DNA from: Actinomycetota bacterium
GTDB lineage: Bacteria; Actinomycetota; CADDZG01; JAHWKV01; JAOPZY01
Assembly (NCBI GenBank): GCA_036495025.1
Contig: DASXNO010000026.1
Location: 1-53,359 of the forward strand
Reading direction: 5' to 3'
Length of the DNA: 53,359 nucleotides
Below are positions 17,931-26,987 of the stretch, in pieces (positions within the stretch are counted from its first letter, which is position 1; each line of letters starts with the position of its first letter). The translations under genes were made by a program, and so were the position numbers. Under the pieces are notes generated by a model. That model was given only the letters and a program-made list of their open reading frames with translations. It made no database searches and was not told the DNA's origin.

Positions 17931-18075
17931 TGGCGTTCTGGATTTCCGTGAGGAGGTTGATCCCCATGAGGCGGAGCGCCCCCCAGATGACGACGAGCGC
18001 TCCGATTGCCATGGCGGCGTTGCCGAGCAGCTCGGCCGTCGAGAACCCGCTCGGGTCCTCCAGGACCTGGAGCAT
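17911..18075 (-). CDS. flp: Flp-family type IVb prepilin
   Basis: 54 aa: MLQVLEDPSG/FSTAELLGNAAMAIGALVVIWGAL... The G/FSTAE site has Glu at +5, followed by a hydrophobic helix. Located between tadC and the tadE-like genes. The start (ATG 18075 versus TTG 18138) is uncertain. Confidence 0.75.
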   Translation of the reverse strand: MLQVLEDPSGFSTAELLGNAAMAIGALVVIWGALRLMGINLLTEIQNAIERAMH

Positions 18076-18134
18076 CCGGTGCCACAGGACAACCAGGCGC
18101 AGCGAGGTGTTGTCCAAGTTTTCCCCCGTTCCCC

Positions 18135-19082
18135 TCAATGCAGTCCAAACACGATACGTGGAATCGGCGCCAGGATGAACAGCAGCATCACCGGGGCCAG
18201 CAGGGCGATGATCGGCACGAGCATCGCCGCCCGCCGCCGCGTCGCCGCCTTCTTCAGGTCCTCCCGCCGGTCGTCGCGGATGTCCTCGCTGAAGGCGAGC
18301 AGCGCCGCCGCCACGTCCACGCCGCGCTCGGTTCCCGCCGCCAGCAGCTCGTAGGTGCGAGCGGCCTGGGGCTCGGCGGTCAGGGCGGCCGCTCGGGCGA
18401 AGGCCTCCCGGGGAGACGTGCCGCCCGCGATCATCCGCAGCACCTCCGCCAGCTCCTCGACGACCACCCCGGACCCCCGAGCGACGATCCGCTGCGTGGC
18501 CTGGATCGGCCCCCCTCCCGTCTTGATGTGCATGGCCAGGAGCTGGTTGACCGTGTAGAGCTCGACCCGGAGCCGCTCCCGCCGCAGCGCACTCCCCCGG
18601 TCGAGGCGACCGCGCCAGCGGGTGGCCCCGACGATGAAGCCGAGCCCTCCGAGCACCAGCACGACCGCGGCCGACCCCCAGAGGAGGAGCCCCGCCCCGA
18701 CGCCAGCGCCGGCACCGAGGGCGGAGGCGCCGAGCTGGCGGACGCGGTACTCCTCGGGGCTCAGGTCGCGGTAGCCGGCCTGCCGGAGCATCAGGCGCAG
18801 CCCCTGGTCGGAACGGGCGTCGAGCAGGCCGCCCAGCCAGCCCGCCACTGCCAGCACCGGGGGCCCGAAGAGCCGGCGGAACGTGCTGCCGGACAGCCAG
18901 GCCTCCTCCCCGGCGAGATCGGGGATGTCGGCGCTGCGTCCCAGCCGGGAGCGGGGGATCAGCGTGTAGGGGCGGACCCGGGAGGCGAGCCGCGGCGTCG
19001 GCCGCACGATGAGGCCCGCGGCGGCCGCGGCCGTCACGCCGGCGAGGATCGATGCGAGGGCGATCCTCCCGTCGGGCAGCAT
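18135..19082 (-). CDS. tadC: Type II secretion system F-family membrane protein TadC
   Basis: 315 aa starting at MLPDGRIAL. T2SSF-like helices. Position follows tadB. The longer track ORF (to 19844) runs out of frame through tadB and was trimmed. Confidence 0.8.
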   Translation of the reverse strand: MLPDGRIALASILAGVTAAAAAGLIVRPTPRLASRVRPYTLIPRSRLGRSADIPDLAGEEAWLSGSTFRRLFGPPVLAVAGWLGGLLDARSDQGLRLMLRQAGYRDLSPEEYRVRQLGASALGAGAGVGAGLLLWGSAAVVLVLGGLGFIVGATRWRGRLDRGSALRRERLRVELYTVNQLLAMHIKTGGGPIQATQRIVARGSGVVVEELAEVLRMIAGGTSPREAFARAAALTAEPQAARTYELLAAGTERGVDVAAALLAFSEDIRDDRREDLKKAATRRRAAMLVPIIALLAPVMLLFILAPIPRIVFGLH

Positions 19083-19087
19083 GCCAC

Positions 19088-19972
19088 TCACCGCGGCCCC
19101 CCCGGCGAGCCGAAGACCCGCTCCTCCATGGGGTCTCGGGACAGTCGCTCGACGATCCAGAGGCCGAGCAGGCTGATCCCTGCCGCGACCATGATCACCA
19201 CGACGCCGGCGCCCGTCCGGTAGAACTGCCGGAACGGACCTTCCGAGGCACACAGCAGCACGAGCACGAACCACGGCAAGGCGAAGACGGCACGGCTGTT
19301 GATCTTCGGCTCGAGCCGGTCCGAGGCGATCTCCTCCAACGTCTTCAGGTCCTTGCTCGTGGCCTCTGCGAGGTCTCGCAGGACCTCGGTCACGATGCGG
19401 CCGCCCCGTTCGTGGGCGAGGAGCAGCACCTCGATCACCCGGTCCGACGTCGAGTCCGAAAGCTGGCCCTTCACCACCTCGAGGGCCGCCGGCACCCCCA
19501 CCATCCGGGCCCCCACGGCGAAACGGCTGAAGGCCAGGCGCAGCGGCTCGGGCCCGTTGGTCGCAAGGCTGGCGATGGACTGGTTGAGCGACATCCCCGA
19601 CTGAATGCCGCCGACGATGTGGCGGATCCCGTCGGGCCACGCCGCCTGCAGCTCCAGGAGCCGCCGGGCACGCCGGTGCCCGAAGTAGGCGCGGGGCAGG
19701 AGGCCGAGCGCCGCGGCCGGCACGATGGCCACGACAGGGCTCCCCGTGATCGCGGCAACCACGGCGAAGGACAGCGCCCCGGCCGCCAGGGAGCCCACGA
19801 CGAACTGGGCGACGGAAAGGTCGGTGCCCGCCTGGAGGAGCCATACCTGCCGTTCGGTGCGGCTTCGCCGCGGTACCCGGAGCCGCCTGCCCATCCGGGG
19901 CAGGTAGCCGGTGAGCAGCCCGACCGCCAGGTACGCCACCACGCCCATCGCCAGCGAGGCCAGCAGGATCAC
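19088..19972 (-). CDS. tadB: Type II secretion system F-family membrane protein TadB
   Basis: GTG 19972 forms a GTGA overlap with the tadA stop. TM-rich T2SSF-like product. The track ORF upstream of this point overlaps tadA in another frame. Confidence 0.8.
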   Translation of the reverse strand: MILLASLAMGVVAYLAVGLLTGYLPRMGRRLRVPRRSRTERQVWLLQAGTDLSVAQFVVGSLAAGALSFAVVAAITGSPVVAIVPAAALGLLPRAYFGHRRARRLLELQAAWPDGIRHIVGGIQSGMSLNQSIASLATNGPEPLRLAFSRFAVGARMVGVPAALEVVKGQLSDSTSDRVIEVLLLAHERGGRIVTEVLRDLAEATSKDLKTLEEIASDRLEPKINSRAVFALPWFVLVLLCASEGPFRQFYRTGAGVVVIMVAAGISLLGLWIVERLSRDPMEERVFGSPGGPR

Positions 19973-21297
19973 CGGTACGTGCCCTCCGGCCCGGCGCCGG
20001 AGAACGGCGCCTGGATCCGACCCTCCAGGATGGCGGTCATCGTCGTGCCCTCGGGCAGGGAACGCTCGATGAGCTCGACCTCCGGCGGGTACGCGCCCGT
20101 CCAGACCAACGGTTTCCCCAGGGCCTCCCGGACGAACATCGGCTCGGTCGAAAAGTCGTCGGTCATGGCGGGCACGACGGCGAGCACCTCCATCACCTGC
20201 CGGCGGGCCTCCTCGTCGGGGCCGAGGCGGTTGACGTCGTCGCGGTCGAGGTGCACGACGAAGTCGAGGGCGGTCGAGAAGACCTTGCGGACGATCGACT
20301 CGCCGACGTTCTCGCCGGCCATGATCGCGGCGTTGACAAGGGCGGTGAGGGCGTCCCGGGCCGAGTTGGCGTGCACGGTGCACAGGAAGCCGCAGCCGGC
20401 GTTGATCGCCCGCGTGAGCTCGAAGGCCTCCGCCCCGCGGACCTCCCCCACGACGATGAGGTCGGGCCGCATGGCGAGCAGGAACTTCACGAGGTCCCGG
20501 AGCGAGATCTCCCCGCTGCCGTCGAGCGCCGGGGGGCGGGCCTCGTAGTACGAACCGTGGGTGATGGGCGCGGACAGCTCCCGGATCTCCTCGGCGGAGC
20601 GGATGCAGTGGTTGGCCGGCGTGGCGGCGAGGAGGGCGGAGAGCAGCGACGTCTTGCCTGCCCCCGGAGGACCGGACACGATCAGGCTTCGGCGCGACTG
20701 CATCACGGCCCAGAGGAATGACGCCGCCGCCGTCGACAGCGAGTCCCGCTCGAGCAGGTAGGGCAGGGTCTCCTTCCTGAGGGTGTACTTGCGAAGGGTC
20801 GCCGAGAGCCGGTCGGCGACGGGCGGGATGGCAGCCGAGAGGCGTGCTGCCCCCTGCAGGACCCGGGCCTGCACGAGCGGGGACTTCGCGTCGAGGTGGC
20901 GCTGCGTCTCCGACAGGAGCTGGTCGATCACCTGACGGTTCTCCGCCTCGGTGGTCGGGGCAGCCAGGCCGCGCAGGCGCCCGCCCTGGTCCAGGTACAG
21001 CACCCGGTCGCCCTCGATGAAGATCTCCTCGACGTCCGAGCGTCCGAAGAGTGACGACAGGGGCCCGAAATCGCAGATGGCCTGGGTGATCCGGCCCACC
21101 ATGGCCCCCGGGTCCGACAGCGCCATCCCCCCGGCCCCCAGGGTGCCGGCGTGGGCGGCCCGCTGGTAGCCGTCGACGGCCTTGACCACGAGCGCCCGCA
21201 CCGCCTCGGTGTCGGCCCGGGGATCGAGCTTGGCTTCCTCGACCGCATCGAGCGCGGCCCGGCGGATCGAGGCGTAGGCGTCGGGCGGCGCCTTCAT
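19969..21297 (-). CDS. tadA: CpaF/TadA secretion ATPase
   Basis: Walker A VSGPPGAGKTSLL. Asp/His-box region LRDLVKFLLAMRPDLIVVGEVRGAEAFE. Size typical of CpaF (442 aa). Confidence 0.92.
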   Translation of the reverse strand: MKAPPDAYASIRRAALDAVEEAKLDPRADTEAVRALVVKAVDGYQRAAHAGTLGAGGMALSDPGAMVGRITQAICDFGPLSSLFGRSDVEEIFIEGDRVLYLDQGGRLRGLAAPTTEAENRQVIDQLLSETQRHLDAKSPLVQARVLQGAARLSAAIPPVADRLSATLRKYTLRKETLPYLLERDSLSTAAASFLWAVMQSRRSLIVSGPPGAGKTSLLSALLAATPANHCIRSAEEIRELSAPITHGSYYEARPPALDGSGEISLRDLVKFLLAMRPDLIVVGEVRGAEAFELTRAINAGCGFLCTVHANSARDALTALVNAAIMAGENVGESIVRKVFSTALDFVVHLDRDDVNRLGPDEEARRQVMEVLAVVPAMTDDFSTEPMFVREALGKPLVWTGAYPPEVELIERSLPEGTTMTAILEGRIQAPFSGAGPEGTYR

Positions 21298-22550
21298 GCC
21301 GGGTCGTTCCCGGCGAGGACGCGGTCCGCAAGGCCTTCGACGGCCCTGGTGAAGGGACCATGGGCGACGAGCTCCCCCCGCCAGGCAGCCTTCTCGACCG
21401 CAGGGTCCAGGGGAACGACGGTCAGCGATGCCGGCGCGTAGTTGCGCAGGAGCTCGGCCTCGACCTCCCCGCGGACGAAGCGGCTCGCCGGCGCCCGGTT
21501 CACGACCAGGTGGACCGGCCTGCCGGGGGCGAGGACGACGACGTCGGCGATCCAGGCGACGAGGCGGGCCACGCCGACGGGCGTCGCCATCCCGACGCCG
21601 ACGACGACGTCGGCCGCCGCGAGCACCTCCCGGGTGACGCCGTACCGGTCGGCGGCACCAACGCGGGCGAGGTCCTCGGTGTGTGCACCGACATTGACGA
21701 CCACGTGGTCCCGCAGACCGCGCAGCTCGGCGACAACCTCGGCCGCCTCCTGTGGCCGCACCTGGGGCCAGTCCCCCGGGTTGGCCAGACCGGCGAGCAG
21801 CTCGAACCCACCTGCGGCCACCGGGAGGAGCGCGTCGTGAAGGCGCCCTCCGCCGTGGAAGACGGCATCGATGGCGGTGCGGATGTTGGGGATCGGCGGG
21901 AGCCCCAGCCGCTGCGCAAGGGAGGGGACCACCTCGTCGGCGTCGACGAGCAGGGAGGTCTCCCCCCGTCGCCGCCCGGCGCGCGCGAGCTCGACGGCGA
22001 CCTCGCTGGCGCCGCAGCCGCCCGGCGGGCCCCCGACGGCGCAGACGCGGCCGCGGAGTCCGTGCACCGGGTGACCGATGCGGGGATGTCCGGGGCTCCC
22101 GGCGCCTTCGAGACTCGCCTCGATGGCGGCCAGCTCACCGTCGCGGACGGGTGAGGAGCGGGCCGACGACGGGGGCGTCAACTTGGGCGTCAACCTGGGC
22201 GTCGAGGGAAGGATCCTGGCGATCTTGCGCACGTACTCCTCGGCCGGCGCGCGGTCCTCGATGACGTCGTCGACACCCAGCTCGAGCAACCGGTCCTTGC
22301 CGGTGGGCTCGTCGGGATCGTAGACGCCGAGGATCTGGCGGCCCCGGCGCCGGAGCTCGGAGACGAGGCGGGCGTCGAGGAACGAGGTGACATCCTCGGC
22401 GATCAGCACGTCGAACTCCTCCTCGAGGCACACCCGGCGGTCGACCACCCGCAACCGGACCCGGCCCCCACCGTGGTCGGTGACGTGGCGGACCACCCGG
22501 TTGGCCCATTCGCGCGGGGAGTAGACGACGGCAAGTTCCGGCTCGGCCAC
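21294..22550 (-). CDS. CpaE/TadZ-like (Ssd-type) protein: receiver-like N-domain + ParA/MinD-like domain with a degenerate Walker A
   Basis: The N-terminal ~120 aa resemble a receiver fold. The C-terminal domain starts VCAVGGPPGGCGASEVAVELA, where a MinD/ParA P-loop (KGGxGKT) is expected. 4-nt overlap with tadA. Confidence 0.7.
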   Translation of the reverse strand: MAEPELAVVYSPREWANRVVRHVTDHGGGRVRLRVVDRRVCLEEEFDVLIAEDVTSFLDARLVSELRRRGRQILGVYDPDEPTGKDRLLELGVDDVIEDRAPAEEYVRKIARILPSTPRLTPKLTPPSSARSSPVRDGELAAIEASLEGAGSPGHPRIGHPVHGLRGRVCAVGGPPGGCGASEVAVELARAGRRRGETSLLVDADEVVPSLAQRLGLPPIPNIRTAIDAVFHGGGRLHDALLPVAAGGFELLAGLANPGDWPQVRPQEAAEVVAELRGLRDHVVVNVGAHTEDLARVGAADRYGVTREVLAAADVVVGVGMATPVGVARLVAWIADVVVLAPGRPVHLVVNRAPASRFVRGEVEAELLRNYAPASLTVVPLDPAVEKAAWRGELVAHGPFTRAVEGLADRVLAGNDPA

Positions 22551-22574
22551 CCTGGTCCCCCCTTCGCTCCGGCC

Positions 22575-23207
22575 TTATCCGGTACCGGGAGCCCCGGCCA
22601 CCCGGATGGCGAACTTGCCGCCGGACGTCGCCGCGAGGACCGACTCCGCGATGGCCGGGTCGGCCACGGCGACATCGATCCGGACGCTGGTTGCACCGAG
22701 CGAGCGGTCGCTGCCGCTGTCGGGTGCCTTGAGCACGACGAGTCCGGGCACCAGCAGTGGCTGGCCTGCCTGGGTGACGGCCACGAGGTCGATCCTCGAG
22801 CCCGGCACGAGCGCCGATGCACCGCCCGGGATGGTCTGGGGATCGACGGTGATGGCCATGCTCGGCGGGGGCGGCGTCGCAGGGCGGAACTGCTGGCGGG
22901 CGACGAGCTGGCCTTTCTTGATGTCGACGACGGCGACCTCGCCGCTCATCCCGCCGGCCTCCTTCGGCGTGAGGATCCCCGAAAGGGCCGAGGACGGAGC
23001 CTTGACGTCGGTCGTCGCGAACAGCGAGGTGGTGACGACCTGCCCGGCGTGGATGTCCTCGGCGGCAACGCTCTCCTCGGTCCCCACCCCCGCAGCCTGG
23101 CGGAGGACCGCATAGGTGAGCACCGTCGCCAGCAGTCCCGCCACGATCATCACGACGTGCCCGGTCGACAACCGCCGGCGTCCGGCTGCCGGTGGAGGCA
23201 AACCCAC
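22575..23207 (-). CDS. cpaB: CpaB/RcpC-like Flp pilus assembly protein (SAF domain)
   Basis: N-terminal TM VVMIVAGLLATVLTYAVL, then a SAF-like segment VAAEDIHAGQVVT. First gene of the tad operon. Confidence 0.7.
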   Translation of the reverse strand: MGLPPPAAGRRRLSTGHVVMIVAGLLATVLTYAVLRQAAGVGTEESVAAEDIHAGQVVTTSLFATTDVKAPSSALSGILTPKEAGGMSGEVAVVDIKKGQLVARQQFRPATPPPPSMAITVDPQTIPGGASALVPGSRIDLVAVTQAGQPLLVPGLVVLKAPDSGSDRSLGATSVRIDVAVADPAIAESVLAATSGGKFAIRVAGAPGTG

Positions 23208-23391
23208 CTCGGGGCCACCCCGGCCCAGCTCCGATTGGTCAGTACGAGACGTATGTCGCCCCCGTCATACTGGAATCTCCTTGCACACGCCAAACCGTTC
23301 GGCTAGCATCTTAGAAGATCCTATTGTCACTTAGTAGGGGTCAGTGGTGATCTGCGATCCATTAGAAGCGCTCTAGCCTGTCCAAGGGAGA

Positions 23392-23667
23392 ATGAGTATG
23401 TCCGTGCAGTCCAATGACCTTCCCACCCGGGCTCGGGCCGAGGACTATCCGCTCGTGATGGACGTCCCGCTCGTGGCCGAAATGCTGTTGACGGACGCCA
23501 ACCAGGTGCGGAAATGGGCCAATGCCGGCCTCATCCCGTGCCACCGCGTGCCTGGCACCCGCAAGTACCGCTTCCTCCGAGACGAGATCCTGGGTTGGCT
23601 GAAGGAGCTCCCCAGCGCGTCCGCCGACGACGAGGAGGAAGAGGAGACCACCCCAGCCACCTCCTAG
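23392..23667 (+). CDS. Excisionase/MerR-like HTH_17 DNA-binding protein
   Basis: VPLVAEMLLTDANQVRKWANAGLIPCHRVPGTRKYRFLRDEILGWL matches the 'helix-turn-helix, excisionase family' pattern. Acidic tail. Confidence 0.75.
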   Translation: MSMSVQSNDLPTRARAEDYPLVMDVPLVAEMLLTDANQVRKWANAGLIPCHRVPGTRKYRFLRDEILGWLKELPSASADDEEEEETTPATS

Positions 23668-24212
23668 CCCCCGAGGTCGCTGCAGGGACCCGCCGTCCTG
23701 ACAAAGGCCAGGGACGTCAGCGGTACGAACCACTCCGGCGCTGCCGTCTCACCGACGGCGAAGTGATCGGATCCCACAAGAGCCACCGGGCCGAGGATTG
23801 GCTCGTCGGACCCGGCGAGACCGGCCTCGATCGCCTCACCAGAAAGGTGGAGCTCTAGCAGCCTGGCCCGCAGGCTCACTGCTCCCCCGCTCGAACCTCG
23901 CCTTCCGCCGGACCGAGCTCGCTTGACCACCCGCATGCCTTGCAGGGTCTTCAAGTTGACGTCGACTCGCCGGGGCTGGGTGTCAATGGTGACGACGTCG
24001 CTGCCGACGGCCATGATGTGCCCCACGAACCTGCGCTGACCAGCGTCGATGGCGACGGTATCCCCGTGGGCCATCAACTCCCGGGCGACGTCGGCCACGT
24101 CCCGGTGCATCGCCGCCGAGACGGCCGCCTCCCGTTCAGCCTCCTCGGCCTCGAGGCGCAGCTCGGAGCGGATCGCGGCGGCCACGTCCTCGAGATCCCC
24201 CTGCATCGCCAT
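23664..24212 (-). CDS. Hypothetical protein with an internal duplication
   Basis: GC-rich third codon positions. Two related segments (TVAIDAGQRRFVGHIMAVGSDVVTID and AIEAGLAGSDEPILGPVALVGSDHFAVGE). No family recognised. Confidence 0.55.
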   Translation of the reverse strand: MAMQGDLEDVAAAIRSELRLEAEEAEREAAVSAAMHRDVADVARELMAHGDTVAIDAGQRRFVGHIMAVGSDVVTIDTQPRRVDVNLKTLQGMRVVKRARSGGRRGSSGGAVSLRARLLELHLSGEAIEAGLAGSDEPILGPVALVGSDHFAVGETAAPEWFVPLTSLAFVRTAGPCSDLGG

Positions 24213-24291
24213 GACCCCTCAAATGCCCCACATCGGGGTCGCGACTCTAGCATCGGAGTCCCACCCGGAGCCAGCGCGGGTCTGCCGGGAC

Positions 24292-25236
24292 CTAACCGGC
24301 CCCCAGACGGGCGGCGGCGGCCCGGTACTGCTTGCCCGCGTGGTAGGAGGAGCGCACCAGGGGGCCGGACTCGACCCAGGCAAAGCCCAGCTCCTCGCCG
24401 ATGCGGCGGTACTCGGCAAACTCGTCGGGATGGACCCAGCGGTGCACCGGCACGTGGTGGTCGGCGGAGGGCGACAGGTACTGGCCGATGGTCATCAGGT
24501 CGACACCGGCAGCCCTAAGGTCGCCGAGGGTCTCCACGACCTCCTCGAAGGTCTCGCCCATGCCGACGATGATGTTCGACTTCGTGGGGATCCGGGGCTT
24601 CAGCTCCTTTGCCTGGCGGAGCACGTCGAGGGAACGCTCGTAGCGGAAGCCGGGGCGGATGCTGCGGTGCATCCGCCGGGAGGTCTCGATGTTGTGGGCG
24701 TAGACGTCGGGCTCGGCGTCCATGACGATGGCGATGGCGGCCGGGTCGCCCTTGAGGTCGCCGGTCAGCACCTCGACCCGGCAGTCCGGCACCCGTTCCC
24801 GGATGGCGCGGATCGTCGCCGCCCAGATGCCGGCGACGACCTGCGGCGCAGCGTCGTCCCGTTCGACGCCCGTCACGACGGCAAAGTGCAGGCCCATCCG
24901 CTCCACGGCCTCCGCTACCCGGAGCGGCTCGCCGGGGTCGAGGGGACCGGGCCTGCCGGTGGCGATGTCGCAGAACCCGCACCGGCGGGTGCAGAGGCGG
25001 CCGAGGATGAGGAAGGTCGCCTCACGGGCCTCCCAGCACTCGTAGACATTCGGGCACGACGCCTCCTCGCAGACCGTGTGCAGCTCGAGGCCGCGGACCA
25101 GGCCCTTCAGGTCGAGATAGTTCGGCCCGGTCCGCAGGCGGTTGCGCAGCCACGGTGGGCGTGGCGGGCGTCGAGGCGCCGCCTCGCCCAGGTCGGAACG
25201 GGTCGGGATCGAGGCTCCCATAAAGACGTGGGTCAC
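24292..25236 (-). CDS. lipA: Lipoyl synthase (radical SAM)
   Basis: CEEASCPNVYEC (auxiliary cluster) and CTRRCGFCDI (CxxxCxxC radical-SAM motif). LipA-like length. Confidence 0.93.
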   Translation of the reverse strand: MTHVFMGASIPTRSDLGEAAPRRPPRPPWLRNRLRTGPNYLDLKGLVRGLELHTVCEEASCPNVYECWEAREATFLILGRLCTRRCGFCDIATGRPGPLDPGEPLRVAEAVERMGLHFAVVTGVERDDAAPQVVAGIWAATIRAIRERVPDCRVEVLTGDLKGDPAAIAIVMDAEPDVYAHNIETSRRMHRSIRPGFRYERSLDVLRQAKELKPRIPTKSNIIVGMGETFEEVVETLGDLRAAGVDLMTIGQYLSPSADHHVPVHRWVHPDEFAEYRRIGEELGFAWVESGPLVRSSYHAGKQYRAAAARLGAG

Positions 25237-25451
25237 AAGCCAACCTTAGTGCACCTTCGAAAAAGTTCCACGCGTGGCCACGCGCGAGCTCTGCGATCCT
25301 CGCAGGGTTTTCCCGGGTGGCCCGGTCTGGCCGGGCTGCTGGTCGTCGTCATCGGACTGAGCGCGCACTGAGGCATACTGGGGCGCGGATTTGGCGCGCC
25401 CACCGGAGGGTGACGCTCACAAGGAGGCCGGATTTGCCACGCGCGGAGAAC

Positions 25452-25943
25452 ATGGTGGTCATCGCTGTTCCCATCACGGAGGTTTTCGCCTACATCGCCG
25501 ACGGGACCAACAACCCGCAGTGGCGACCGGGGGTCATGGACATCATCCCGCCGGAGGACGGCCCCGACGAGGGCGCCGTCTACGGCCAGGGACTGCGGGG
25601 CCCCAAGGGCCAGCGCATCGACGGCGACTACCGGATCACCGACTACCAGCCCCCGAACCGGATCGCCTTCGAGGTGATCGCCGGGCCGGCACGGCCGACG
25701 GGCGCCTTCGACCTCGAGGAGCCGGTCGCCGGAGCGACGATGGTCCGGTTCAGCCTCGACCTCCAGGGCAAGGGCCTGATGAAGGTGCCGATGCGCTTCG
25801 CCGGCAAGGTGATCGAGCGCCAGATGCGGGCCGAGGTCGACTGCCTCTCCCGGCTGAAGGACCAGCTGGAAGCCGGGCCGTATGAGGAGGAAGCGGCGGA
25901 CGAACCGGAACCCGAGGCCGCGAGCGACACGCCCGAGGCCTAA
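25452..25943 (+). CDS. SRPBCC/START-like (polyketide cyclase-dehydrase family) protein with an acidic tail
   Basis: MVVIAVPITEVFAYIADGTNNPQWRPGV... is typical of SRPBCC ligand-binding proteins. ATG 25452 with GGAG upstream. The track ORF's N-terminal 45 aa are Arg-rich and were trimmed. Confidence 0.65.
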   Translation: MVVIAVPITEVFAYIADGTNNPQWRPGVMDIIPPEDGPDEGAVYGQGLRGPKGQRIDGDYRITDYQPPNRIAFEVIAGPARPTGAFDLEEPVAGATMVRFSLDLQGKGLMKVPMRFAGKVIERQMRAEVDCLSRLKDQLEAGPYEEEAADEPEPEAASDTPEA

Positions 25944-25957
25944 TCCCTCAGGAGGCC

Positions 25958-26944
25958 TCAGTAGCGGGCGAGTTCCCGCATCTCGGCGTAGATCTGGTCC
26001 GGTGTCGGTAGGAAGAACTCCTCCAGCACCCTGGAGTACGGGGTGGCGGGCACGTCGGGGCCGCCGATGCGAACCACCGGGGCGTCGAGGTCGTAGAAGA
26101 GCTCTTCGGCGATGCGCGCACTGATCTCCGCCCCCACGCCGAGGGTGCGGTTGTCCTCGTAGACAATCATCGCCTTGGAGGTCTTCGTGACGGAGCCGAA
26201 GATCGCCGGCCAGTCCATGGGCGCCACGCTCCGGGGATCGAGCACCTCGGCCTCCAGGCCCTCCTCCTGCGAGAGCCGCTCGGCGGCGGCGAGGCAGTGG
26301 TGCAGCATGAGGCCGTAGGCGATGACCGTGAGGGCATCGCCGTCCCGCTTGATCTCGGCCTTGCCGATCGGGATGTCGTAGTCCTCGTCCGGGACCTCGC
26401 CCGTGACCACGCGGTAGCACTTCTTGTGCTCGAAGTAGAGGACCGGGTCGGGGTCGTAGAGCGCCGAGCGCAGCAGCCCCTTGGCGTCGTAGGGCGTCGA
26501 CGGCATGACGATCTTCAGCCCCGGCACGTGGGCGAACAGCGCCTCCACCGATTGCGAGTGGTACAGCCCCCCGTGGACGCCGGCGCCGTAGGGGGCCCGG
26601 ATGACGATGGGGCAGGTGAAGTCGCCGTTGGAGCGGTAGCGCAGGCGCGCGGCCTCCTGCACGATCTGGTTGAAGGCCGGGTGGATGAAGTCGGCGAACT
26701 GGATCTCGATGATGGGGAGCAGGCCGCCGAGGGCCATGCCGATGCCATGGCCGACGATCGAGGACTCCGCCAGCGGCGTGTCGATCACGCGCTCCTCGCC
26801 GAACTTCTCGACGAAGCCCTCCGTGGCCCGGAACACCCCACCGCGGGTGCCGACGTCCTCGCCCAGGATCAGCACGCGCTCGTCGCCCGCCATGAGGTCC
26901 CACATGGTGTCGTGGATGGATTTGATGAGACTCTTCTTCGCCAT
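25958..26944 (-). CDS. 2-oxoacid dehydrogenase E1 component, beta subunit
   Basis: MAKKSLIKSIHDTMWDLMAGDERVLILGEDVG..GGVF..T.G....FGEERVIDTPLAE. Transketolase-like pyrimidine-binding and C-terminal domains. Confidence 0.9.
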   Translation of the reverse strand: MAKKSLIKSIHDTMWDLMAGDERVLILGEDVGTRGGVFRATEGFVEKFGEERVIDTPLAESSIVGHGIGMALGGLLPIIEIQFADFIHPAFNQIVQEAARLRYRSNGDFTCPIVIRAPYGAGVHGGLYHSQSVEALFAHVPGLKIVMPSTPYDAKGLLRSALYDPDPVLYFEHKKCYRVVTGEVPDEDYDIPIGKAEIKRDGDALTVIAYGLMLHHCLAAAERLSQEEGLEAEVLDPRSVAPMDWPAIFGSVTKTSKAMIVYEDNRTLGVGAEISARIAEELFYDLDAPVVRIGGPDVPATPYSRVLEEFFLPTPDQIYAEMRELARY

Positions 26945-26987
26945 GACCTGTTTTTCCTTCGACGTGGGAGGACGACCTTGCGGGGCT

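Noticed and set aside
18135-21361. Track ORFs 18135-19844 (569 aa) and 19088-21361 (757 aa), which could be read as giant fused TadC/TadB proteins
   Set aside because: Only the C-terminal 315 aa and 294 aa respectively look like T2SSF proteins. The N-terminal extensions are Arg/Pro-rich and overlap tadB and tadA in other frames. Internal starts (ATG 19082; GTG 19972 with a GTGA overlap) give standard gene sizes.
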